A stretch of 64,000 nt of DNA from the human T2T-CHM13v2.0 reference genome, Homo sapiens. The stretch lies in assembly GCF_009914755.1 (NCBI RefSeq), contig NC_060937.1; one strand, 5' to 3'. Shown piece by piece: positions 53,456 to 64,000 of this stretch (position 1 is its first letter; the number at the start of each line of letters is the position of its first letter). Position numbers and translations under genes: made by a program. A model generated the notes under the pieces. That model was not told where the DNA came from, did no database searches, and saw nothing but the letters and a program-made list of their open reading frames with translations.

Positions 53456-54793
53456 GTCATGCTGTCGCAACAATAACAAGACAGCCTGAAATCTCAGTGG
53501 CTTCTCAAATGAGAGTTTCTCTCCCACTCATGTCGTCATCCAATGTGGCAGGAGGGTTCCGTGTGCCCTCATCCTTCAAGGGCTCAGGTGCTTTCCATCT
53601 TGGGGGTCTGCTCTCCACTTGTTTCCCGGCACCTGTTCCAGTCAGTGGGCAGATGGGGAAGGAGATAGAGGATTGCACATGTGGGGTCATAAGGAGAACA
53701 CGAGAGCCTCTGCCACAACATCTTTTGGTACCTTTTCCATCCTTCATGTGGCAGACTGTATTAATGTTCAAAATATTCACTACCTACCCTGGGATACCCC
53801 ACCCTTTGACAGCCCTCTTTGGAAGAAGACTGTACATCTTCACTCCGCGGAACTCAAGTTTGGCCATATAACTTAATTTGGCCAAGGAAAGGTAAACAGA
53901 AGTGGCAACTCTGGCCGAAAGACTCTGGCCTTAGCCAGAACTCACTTGTGTGTCCACTCCTGCCTTTAACGGAGCCTAAACAATGTCTGATCAAGAAGAA
54001 GAGGAGAATACGAATGTTGGGAAACTCCAGCATCCTCTGCTACAACAATTGCCATATTTTTTATACCTTCTCTTTTCTCCATGTGGGAGATCATATTATA
54101 TTCAAAATATTTGCTGTTCCTCCCAAGAGCTCTCTCCCTCCCTTCGACATTCCTCCTTTAGAGAAGACATCCTGACTATATCAAGCATGGCTGTATAGAT
54201 TGCTTTGGCCAGTGCAATAGGAGCAGGTACTACAAGTGTTGTTTTAGAAACTAGCACATGGTTGAGCCAGCTCTCTTTGCTCTCTGCTATGAGACAGGCT
54301 ATGTCCCAGATAAAGTCTGCTCTACCTACCTAGGTCCTGGAATACAAACAGCATGGGGCAGGACTACAGTCAACCCACCATGGACACGTTGTGTGAGTTA
54401 GAAATTAATCATTGATGCTGTAAACCACTCAAATTTGGAAGTATTTTTGTTAACAGAACATAAACTGAGAAATACATTTCATCATTTCTCAGGGTTTGCC
54501 AGTGATAAATTCATGAACTGGAGATGAGCTGAACTCAAACAATAGGGATTCTCCTACAATTTTCCCAACTCCTTCACCCATCTTGGGTTCCTAAATGTGT
54601 CACTTTTTCCAAATGTCTTTTTTTTCCTTTAAAAAATTGTATTGCTCTCTTTGTTTCCTTTAGCTATTTCTTCCCTTTCTTTGTCCAAATCACTAAAAGT
54701 GTTCTCTGAGCATTTAGGCAGAACTAGAAACTCAAATTTACAAATTTGAAATTTCTTTTTCTGGAATCACTTAAGCATTTTACTACTGTGATT

Positions 54794-55165
54794 CAATGGT
54801 GTGCTGAAGTTAAGCTCATATGAGCTTCCAGAGTTTACTGTTAATTTTTCAGGAATGTTGTGAGCAGTTGTCAAACACAGCCATTATTAAACATTTTTAA
54901 AATTAGATTTAAAACAAAAACAATAAATACTCAAAACTCATCACTCCTTAATAATTTCACTAGATTTTACTATTATTAATTATCTTGAGTTTTTTTTATA
55001 TAGTGGTGACAGTATGTAATAATAGGCTAGTGGGCATCTTTGAAACTTTGCATCTAGTGATTTCAGGTTGGTGGCTTGAAATCAGATATGATGGGAGCAC
55101 ACCACAGAAATTAGCGTGCTTCACAAATCAGGGCTTTTTGTTTAACTTTTACCAACACCCCATTA
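54794..55165 (+). mobile_element. MER63-like hAT-Blackjack fossil
   Basis: CAATGGTGTGCTG...AAACACAGCCATTATTAAA...AATAAATACTCAAAACTCATCACT...CCAACACCCCATT. Confidence 0.75.
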
Positions 55166-55169
55166 AATA

Positions 55170-55411
55170 TAGTTGACCCTCCGTATCCACAGGGTGAGGG
55201 TTGGTTCCAGGACCCCTAAGCGTACCAAAATCCATGTATGCTCAAGTCTCTTATAGAAAATGGGGTAGTGCAGTCACTTTCCATATACAAGGTTCTGCAT
55301 CTTCAAATTAAACCAAACATGGAAGGAAAACACATACAGTGGATCCTCCTGGAGTCACCAGGTTGGTTAAATCCATGGATGCAAAACCTGTGGCTATGGA
55401 AGGCCGGCTGT
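55170..55411 (+). mobile_element. MER2-type Tigger MITE
   Basis: AGTTGACCCTCCGTATCCAC...TTGGTTCCAGGACCCC...ATGGAAGGCCGGCTG with inverted ends and TA flanks. Confidence 0.8.
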
Positions 55412-56786
55412 ATACTCTTAAAAAGCTATCTAAATCTCAAGTCCAAAACTAAATGGGCCTTGAGGAGCTATTTTTAGAGAAATACATCCTCTTAGCTTTC
55501 AGAGTATACTTTCTACATCTCCAGTAAAAATATTTATGGAATAGCCATTTTCTTATTTTTGTGACTTTTTGGGAACACTCTGATAAAAGAACAATGATGA
55601 ATTACATATCAGTCTGTCAGAACTAATTCACTGCTCAAAAAAAGAGATCAACAGAAAATAAAGGGAGATAAAATTTAGTAGGCTAGTAAGATGATTGAAT
55701 TTTCTAGCAGGGTTAATTCGTGTGTAATAATGAAGAGGATCTGTAATACCAGGGAAGAAACAAGCTTTTATTATATAGGAAAGTGTTTACATTGTGTATA
55801 TCTATTGCTGTGATTTCAATCTTTGAGAAAAACTAAGGCTTTCATGAGCTAATCATCTTCTGTATCTTTATATTCTGGCTAATTAGTAATTATAAATTGC
55901 CTATTTTAAAACAGGATCTAGGACACAATGAAAATTTTTAAAAAGTTAAATCAATCTGGGCTGAATGCCCAGAAAAATTAAAAATTTAGTTTAACACTCC
56001 TGGGATCTCTATGTGTATGTGTATACGTCTATGATTGGGTTTATTAGACAAAACTAATTGAAAAGAAGATATCTGGAAATTAAACCTCAAATAATATTAG
56101 TCAGAGATAAGGAAGCATATTTTTAATCAAAGTTCATTGGACCAAAAAAAGTCTATAAAGTAACTTAATCCAAGGTTTTTTTTTTTTTTTTAAAAAAAAG
56201 GGTTTAAAAAAAAAAACTTAAGCTGTTGAAGTTGCCTGCATTTAAAATTAATACCTAGGGGTAGAAAACCTACTCCTTAAACCTGATACTAAGAAATATG
56301 CTTATTAATGGAGTCAGGGGTAGAAAAAGGTTTAAGGAGGAGAAAATAAAAGTGAAAATAAAGAGACAAGCAAGGGGTATAGCAGATGGAGATAGACATT
56401 CAAAGCTGGAGAGAGAAAGAGTAGGAAAGATTAAAGCATTTAGAACATATTCCAAGGAATATTCTTAGGCTATGGGCATCACAGTGGGCTGTCTCCCTGC
56501 CCTTTGGGTAATTGACTAGCCACTATTCTCAGCTGCTTAAGTGTATAAGCTTCTTAAGAGGCCATTTTTGTTTTATTCATAGTGCCTACTATAGTGCCCT
56601 GCATGTCAGTGACAGCTAATAATTTATCACCTAATTAGTTAATATTTATTCTGGAAACTTCAGAGGCTCAACTTTGAATGGATCAAACAAGAAGAACAAA
56701 ACGAATGAAAATGCACACCCTACCATTGATTATCTGTGACCACGGCAGTATATTTATATTAGATACTTGCCAAAAAAATCTATATG

Positions 56787-56872
56787 ATGTGTGTGTGTGT
56801 GTGTGTATATGTATGTTTGTGTGTGTGTGTGTGTATATATATCTATATATATATATATAGATATAGATATAT
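56787..56872. repeat. Compound (TG)n/(TA)n microsatellite
   Basis: Direct observation. Confidence 0.92.
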
Positions 56873-56882
56873 CTCCTCATTC

Positions 56883-56995
56883 TCATATCTTTGCTTCATT
56901 CTCATGACTAAGGTCTTAAATCCAATCTCTTAAAATCCAATCCTTCAAATCTTCAGGGGGACCTTTCCAGACCACCTGAGTAACAGTGGTCCCTA
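56883..56995 (+). repeat. Copy A of a ~110-bp dispersed direct duplication (copy B at 58543-58653)
   Basis: Shared CATTCTCATGAC, CTTAAATCCAATCT, CCTTTCCAGACCACCTGAG and AACAGTGGTCCCTA. Confidence 0.9.
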
Positions 56996-58542
56996 TAGAA
57001 AATATAAAGATAGAATTTTGTTACTAATGTAACATAACTTAAGCCTTGACAACCAAAGTCATTAAGAAAAGTCTCCACAAGCCTCATCCACTGACATTGC
57101 TTCTCAGTGCTGCTCTCTCTTTGTGGTCACCAGTCAGGATAGAGAAGCTGCAGAATGAAGAACTGATAAATTACAAGAGGAAGCAGGCTACAAAATTGCC
57201 CAGCCTTCTTGTGGTTGTTGCTGTGACTTCTCAACCTATTTTAATCTTTCCAAACTCATCTTAATCTTCTAAGATTTTCAGGGCTAAAAGAAGCATCTTG
57301 GTTTATTCTAGGAGGCATGGATATTCATTAGCAATGGTGAAGAGACCCAAATATTATTTTTTTAAAAATATCTTAATCTCTGCGAGCTTTACTTCCTCAT
57401 CTGTAAAACCTGAATAATGGTTCCTAGGTCATTAGATTAATAGAGATGACAAATGTGCAGCAGTTAGTCTAGTTCTTGAAATTATCATCCTTAATTCATG
57501 GTAGCTATACTGTCAAAATAAAAATGTTGCCACTAAGTGTTGCTTAATCCCTTCAAGTTGTCCTTCATATGTGCTTCTTCCATTTTAGATTTATGGCTCT
57601 TATCCTACCAAATCCTTTCCTTCCAAGGTCTCGTTTCTTCCAATTGCTCAGCATACGCCTTCCTGGCATGCTGTTTAAGGAAATACTGACACCTACTGCT
57701 TCAAGCTCAGGCTCTTCTTCCTCACTTTCAAGGTTTTGCTTTCTTAGATCTTTTCGCCCTCAATTTCCTTAGCTACACAGTTTGCCAATTATTCCTCGTC
57801 ACTGAAACATGCTTCTACTAATCAGAACAACCTTGCTCCTGTTCCCTATTCCCCTGAATGTGCCATTCTTAATCTTACTACTATGTTTTTTCCTGTTTTT
57901 ACACTCCCTCCTAGAAGGCCCTTTAAAGAAAAAGTCTTACTCAATGTTCAAGGCCAGTTAAATTACACATCTCCCAAATGACTCTCTTTTATCTCCCCAA
58001 GGTTATTTACACTATGCTTTTCCCTGCCTTCTCTGTACTTTTATTTTGTTGGTACTGTACAGTCTAGAAGCTTATTTTATACCCTCAAGAAAATTATAAA
58101 TGTTATTAAGGCAAAAATTATATGATTCATTCATTTTGCTGGCTTAGGCACTAAAGTGTTCATTAAAGGTTTGGTTGCCTGAAAACAACAAGCCTAAAAT
58201 GAAAGCTCTCGCATTTATTGAGGATTTACTTTTGTGTCTGTCACATGCCCTCTATACTTTATCATTGTCCAAAAAAGCTGTTGTGACAGTTATGAATTCT
58301 TGCCACTTATATATGAGGAATCTGTGATTCAGCAATATTAAGTCACATGCCCAGGGCTATTGCGTCATTCAGCCATTCAACAACTATTTGCAGACAGTCT
58401 GCCTTTGTCTCTCTTGAATTTCTCACAACAGTTGATTAGACACATTGATCTTTCTTCTCTCCCTCGAAGGCCCAAGTTCATTCCCATCTCACAGCCCTCG
58501 CACTTTCGGTTCCTTCTCCTTAAAAGGATCTTCCTCCAATCT

Positions 58543-58653
58543 TCATATCATTGCCTCATTCTCATGACCAAGGGCTTAAATCCAATCTGTTAAAATCATC
58601 CCTCAAATCCTCAGGGAAGCCTTTCCAGACCACCTGAGCAACAGTGGTCCCTA
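58543..58653 (+). repeat. Copy B of the dispersed duplication, embedded in an L2-like remnant
   Basis: Colinear with 56883-56995, with scattered substitutions and a small indel. Confidence 0.9.
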
Positions 58654-59007
58654 ATCATTCCCCACCGTATCATTCTATTTAATGTGCTTCATAACACAAA
58701 TGGAGGTCTGAAATTATCTATGATTATTTTCTAATTATGAATAAATGTAAACCCCTGCCAACATGAAATTTTGTATATTACATTTAGACTGGACCAAGGC
58801 AAAAGTTCATTCTCTGACATTAAGGTGTGCTTCTTAAAATTATGAACTGAGTCGCAGAAATAGTTAATAAAATCTATTTTTTCATTTTAAAAAAAACCTG
58901 TTACTGACCCTTTATTTGTTCTACTTGCCTTTAAGTAACACTTTTTTCCTATTTTCAGTCAAAATATAACATATAATTCTTCAAATTAAAGAAATTATGA
59001 ACCATAT

Positions 59008-59347
59008 TGTATTAGTTTGTTCTCATGCTGCTAACAAAGACAAACCTGAGACTGGGTAATTTATAAAGGAAAGAAATTTAAAGGACTCACAGTTCCACGT
59101 GGCTGGGGAGGCCTCACATTCATGGCAGAAAGCAAAGGAAGAGCAAAGGCACATCTTAATGGCAGCAGGCAAGAGACTATGTGCAGGGCAACTCCCCTTT
59201 TTAAAACCATCAAATCTCATGAGAACAGTACAGGAAAAACCCACCCCCATGATTCAATTACCTCCCACCAGGTCCCACTCTGGACATGTGGGGATTATTG
59301 CAACTCAAGGTGAGATTTGGGTGGGGACACAGAGCCAGACCATATAA
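59008..59347 (-). mobile_element. THE1 (C/D-like) solo LTR
   Basis: TGTATTAGTTTGTTCTCATGCTGCT...GGGGACACAGAGCCAGACCATATAA; TSD CATAT. Confidence 0.93.
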
Positions 59348-61005
59348 CATATGAAATAGGTAAAGAATAGTATAGTATTGGCAGTTTTATATGGTTCAAC
59401 CAAAGAGACTAGCTTTAAATACTGGTAATCTCCAGACATCAGTTACAATTTTCTAGACCCCAGATTGCTGTCCCCTGAGTGATCAGACTTGACGGAAAAA
59501 AAATCTCTATAATAATTTACTTTTCTGAACATATGGGAGACACTTTCTGTATCATTCAAAATAAAATTCATTGCTAAAGAGAATTCTGGTTCACCTTTGC
59601 TACACTTTAGAGAAATACATGTTGTGAAATAGTTAAACATCAGCTTGATAGCGCAGATAAAAAAGGGAAAACACTTTGAAATAAGCATGGTTAATGGCTC
59701 CTTTTTAAAAGCAAAATCTAACTATAGGCACATACACACTGAGACACAGCGCATCCATCAACGTTAGAAAAAGGTTTCTGGTCTGAGTATTGACACGCAG
59801 GATAGTGGCAGAGCTTGAGATAATGGAGCAGCTTTATTCCTAGAGTGCTGTTTTTAACTGAAACTTCATTGATGTGTGCAAGGTTTCTTGAGAGAAAATA
59901 ACAGATCAAAAATGATTGGATTTCTGTAGGTTGCAGGAGATTTTCCTACACAAATTATGTGAAATATTCCTATAGTCACTAGATTTCACTAATTCTAATC
60001 TCAGACAACTCTAGATTATTCATGCAGATGATCCAGTTTGTGGGTTATTTGTAGCATTCTTTTTAATTCTTAGTATCTACCTAACAACTGACCCACTTCT
60101 GAACTAGCCCTGTTTTCCTGGATAGCCAGGAAAAGTACTTCAAGGAATACTAGCTTAAGTAACTCCAGGTTAAAAAAAAATAAAATCTTTTTAAGTCAAA
60201 AGTTATTCCACACACTTTAAAATATTTTGAAATTCTAGGTCATTTATGACTCTACGTTCCTCCACTGAGGTGTCTTTTACCATTTTTATTTGGAATGTCT
60301 AGATCCAAAGCTCCCAATGTTTATTTACTCCCTTCAAAGAAGCATGAATGTACTTAGGAGATCCACTTAGGAGAGGTATCACTGTGTAAGCTGAAAGCCT
60401 CCAGGTTTAAACTGCAGTCATAGTGTGCTGAATTAGAACAGTACATTTCTTCATTCATCAGCTTTATAAAAATAAGAAGTAATATCTTTCATAAAAGCAG
60501 CTGAACATTGGTAACATTGCCAACAACTAGAATTAAAAAGTAAAATAAAATCTAAAGAAATAAAAAAATATATGTATAAAACTGATTAAACCACAGTTTA
60601 TTGAATGTTGGGTTTTTCCTCATAACAAATGAGAATGATTCTTTCTGGCTCACAAAATATTTTCAGGTTTAGGTACTACTCAAGCTTGTCCTCAATCGAG
60701 GTTTTCATGTATTTGAATTTCAAAAGCCTGGAACTGGCAATTAGTTTTTGCCTAGCTTGACACTAATATAAAAATCGTCCTGAGGAGGATTCTTTGTAGG
60801 TTGAATGCTTTGAAAACCCTCTTGGAAACAGGGCCCTGGAACCTGGGACAAAGAGAAATGTATGGAGTTGCTTCCAGGAAACAAGAAGAGAAATGCATTT
60901 GTAATGAAGCTTGCTGTTTCAGGAGGAAGGATGGTGGCAAGGGTAGAAGGACCTGGAGGAAATACACAAGCTTTGTGACTCCATGTGCTGCAATATGTGT
61001 TTCAT

Positions 61006-61408
61006 GTTATGATGGGTTGTATTGTATCCTTCCCAAATTCATAGGTTGAAGTCCTAAACCCCAGCACATAAAAATATGGCATTATTTGGAGATAGGGTCT
61101 TTATAGGAATAATCAAGTTGAAATGAGGTCATTGGGGGGGGGTGGTCCCTAATCCAATATAACTGGTGACCTTATATAAAGGAGAATTTGAGATATGAAG
61201 ACACATACAGGCTAATATGTAAATCAAGATGGCCATATGCAAGCCACAAAACAGATCCTTCCCTCATAGCCCTCAGAGGGAATCAACCCTACCAACACCA
61301 TAATTTCAGACTCCTATCCTCCCGACTGTGAGACAATACATTTCTGTTCTGTTCTCGAAGATATCCAGTTTGTGGCACTTTGTTACACCTGCCCTTGCAA
61401 ATAATACA
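61006..61408 (+). mobile_element. MLT1B/C-type LTR
   Basis: CCAAATTCATAGGTTGAAGTCCTAAACCCCAG...ACTGTGAGACAATACATTTCTG...TAATACA. Confidence 0.85.
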
Positions 61409-62060
61409 CGCGGCATGGCGATGTTAAACATTGCTCCAGCTGCACAAGATCTTTAGTAAAACCTACTTTCTGCATTCATTCTTTCAGTGCAACAGAATCA
61501 TTTACTGGGAATGTAAAAAGCCTCTGAATTCCAGACATTGTGAACATGTGATAAAAAGAAAGAGTATACAAACTGATAGCCAAAAACTGAGTTATTCTGG
61601 TTTCTCCTTACCTCACATTGTACCATGATAAAATTCTACAATGGAAACAAAATTCTGCAGCTTTTCCCCATCTCTCTTCTTCCTTTCCACATCCTTGTTC
61701 CTTTTTTAAGTAACTATATATTTATGAAGTAAGGTATTGTAGAGAGAGTCTGGGTCTTAAAATCAGGCAGATGAGTATTTAAATCCCAGCTCTGCCACTG
61801 ATAAGTTACTTAAATTCTCTGAGGCACAGTTTTATGATGTGTAAAACAGTGACAAAACTTTCTTTAAAAATCACTGTCATTAAATATAAGGAATAGCAAA
61901 AGGCTTAAAAACATTACAAGGAAGCAACCAGCCAAATCCAAAATATAGAATATGCTTCATGGTAAGTGGTCAGGTTTCCTTAACAAAAATCAATGGTACA
62001 AAAAGTGTAGAAGGGCACTTAAAGATTAAAGAGAGAGAGACATATCAGCCAGATGCTGAG

Positions 62061-62421
62061 TGCTATGGTCTGAATATTTGTGTTTCCCCAAAATCCATAT
62101 TTTGAAATCCCAAACCCAAGCTGATGGTATTGTATTAGGAAGTGGCAGGGAGGCAGGTAGAAGTGATTAGATTATCTCCTACTCAATGGGATTGGTGTTC
62201 TTATAAAAAAGACCCAGAGAACTGCCTTGCCTCTTCTACCATGTGAAGACACAGCTAGAAGGCACAGCCTATGAGGAAGTTTACCTTCCTCAGACACCGA
62301 ATATGCTAGCACCTTGATCTTGGACTGTGTGGGCTCCATAACCATAAGAAATAAATTTCTGTTGTTTATAAGTTACCCAGACTAAGGTGGTTTGTTATAG
62401 CAGCCTGAGGACAAAGATACC
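62061..62421 (+). mobile_element. MLT1A-type LTR nested in an old L1 3' end
   Basis: TGCTATGGTCTGAATATTTGTGTTTCCCCAAAAT...AATAAATTTCTGTTGTTTATAAG...TTATAGCAGCCTGA. Confidence 0.85.
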
Positions 62422-62458
62422 ATGTATGAAACTTGTTTGGATCCTGATTTAAGCAAAC

Positions 62459-62895
62459 TCTATTAGGCCATTTCTGTATTGCTATAGATAAGTACCTGAG
62501 ACTGGGTAATTTATAAAGAAAAGAGGTTTCATTGGCTCATCATCCTGCAGGCTTTACAGGAAGCATGGTTCTGGTATCTGCTCGGCTTCCAGGGAGGTCT
62601 CAGGAAGTTTATAATCATGGCAGAAAGCAAAGGAGGAGCATGCACATCACATGGCAAATGCAGGAGCAAGAGAGAGAAAGAGAGAGAGAAGGATGGGAGG
62701 TATTCACACACTTTTAAACAATCAGATCTCATGAGAATTCACTATCATGAGGACAGCACCAAGGGGATGGTGTTAAACCACATATGAGAAATCTGCCCCC
62801 ACGATGCATTCATCTCCCACCAGGCCCCACCTCCAACACTGGGAATTACATTTCAACATGAGACTTGGGTGGGGATAAATATCCAAACTACAACA
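62459..62895 (-). mobile_element. MSTB-type MaLR solo LTR
   Basis: TATTAGGCCATT...CTGAGACTGGGTAATTTATAAAGAAAAGAGG...ATATCCAAACTAC; TSD CAAAC. Confidence 0.9.
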
Positions 62896-62899
62896 CAAA

Positions 62900-63240
62900 C
62901 CAACTACAGAAGAATTTTTTAAAAAAATAACTGGGGAGATTTCAATATAAATAGATGGTAGGTAATATTAGTAACTTGTTTCTTTGGTTTGTCATGTGCA
63001 ATAATGGCATTGTGGCTAATTTTTTCTAAACATCTTTATATGTTACAGACATATTAAGCATTTATGTGAAATGTCTGAGATTTGTGAAATATACTATAGG
63101 AAAAAAAGTGAAAGTATAGCTGTCCTTGAATCAGAAAGGGGATAATAATTATTGAAGCTGGGTGATGAATATCTGGGAGTTTATATTATTCTCTTTACCT
63201 TTGCATATATTTCAAATTTTCCATAACAAAACATTTTTTA
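62900..63240 (+). mobile_element. Old L1MC/ME 3' end (continues from ~61890-62060)
   Basis: ATAATGGCATTGTGG, ATTGAAGCTGGGTGATGAAT, CAAATTTTCCATAACAAAA. Confidence 0.7.
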
Positions 63241-64000
63241 ACTATTTTAAGCATACATAGGAGAAACGTATTAAATGTAACTTTTCTTCCCCTTTCATAA
63301 ATTTATATATATTTTGGAAACAGTAAATAGCCTTTCATTTCTATTAAAGAGAAAAATTTCCCCCCCCAAAAAATAAATTTTTGTTCAACATGTATTACTG
63401 TCACCCACTGAGTAACCAGCATGCCATTCAAAGTTTTTCAAATGCTTTAGCAAAATTTTCTCAAAACACACTTATATGGGAAAATGCAGCCTGAAAATAA
63501 GAAAGGTTGTCACCCACATATTAGAAATTTCAAACATTTTCTGCTCTAGATAAGGTAAAACAGAAGGTCTGAGGCATGCACACATGGAAGTCTCCTAGTT
63601 TCTTCTCTTATGAGAGAGAAACATGCCCAGGAAGTAAAGGGAGGGAACTCTAACTAAGCCCTGTGAGTGCCCCACCACTCAGGGGAAGAAAGGATTGTAG
63701 TGAGCCACACAGAAACAATAACAAAGACAAACCACTTTCCAAACTAGGATCTAGCAAAGAATATACTGTATTAGGAAAGGAATGAAAAGTCCCTGTGGCT
63801 GATGCCTGGAGTACATGACATTTGAAACTGACAGTTCATTTTATAGCTTTAAAAGTTATACGTATTTAGTATAGAAAATTTAGAGAGATATACCCGGTTA
63901 CAAAGAAGAAAGTAAAAGTCACCTATAATTTTATACCCTAGAAATAACCACGAGTAATGTTTTATGGATATTACTTTTAGCCCTTTTGTTTACTTATGTA

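Noticed and set aside
56172-56219. Poly(T)/poly(A) hairpin resembling a terminator
   Set aside because: Mononucleotide low complexity in eukaryotic DNA; no functional basis

Overview
AT-rich, CpG-depleted primate (probably hominoid/human) non-coding DNA, intergenic or deep intronic. I find no supportable host protein-coding exon, tRNA/rRNA, CRISPR array or CpG island. Most of the window is interspersed repeats: L1 fragments of several ages (L1M*, L1MA, an L1PB 5'UTR, young L1PA 3' ends), Alu/FLAM, MIR, L2, MaLR/ERVL/ERV1 LTRs and DNA-transposon fossils (MADE1, MER2, MER63, MER91, MER94, MER104). Every ORF with recognisable protein similarity is a broken piece of L1 ORF2. Subfamily names come from my recall of consensus sequences, not from a database search. 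I do not see a new gene system. The most interesting signals are: (i) a TSD-flanked, A-tailed ~60-bp retrocopy of an ERV1 (MER41-like) LTR segment at 14047-14108; (ii) a nested L2>L1MA>AluJ>L1PB>THE1 structure with an inferred multi-kb deletion and a strong CTCF motif; (iii) an old L1 with both ends retained but ORF1 missing (possible spliced integrant); (iv) a repeat-free POU/homeobox/SOX-dense block near 38.5-39.1 kb that resembles a conserved developmental enhancer; (v) a dispersed ~110-bp local duplication.
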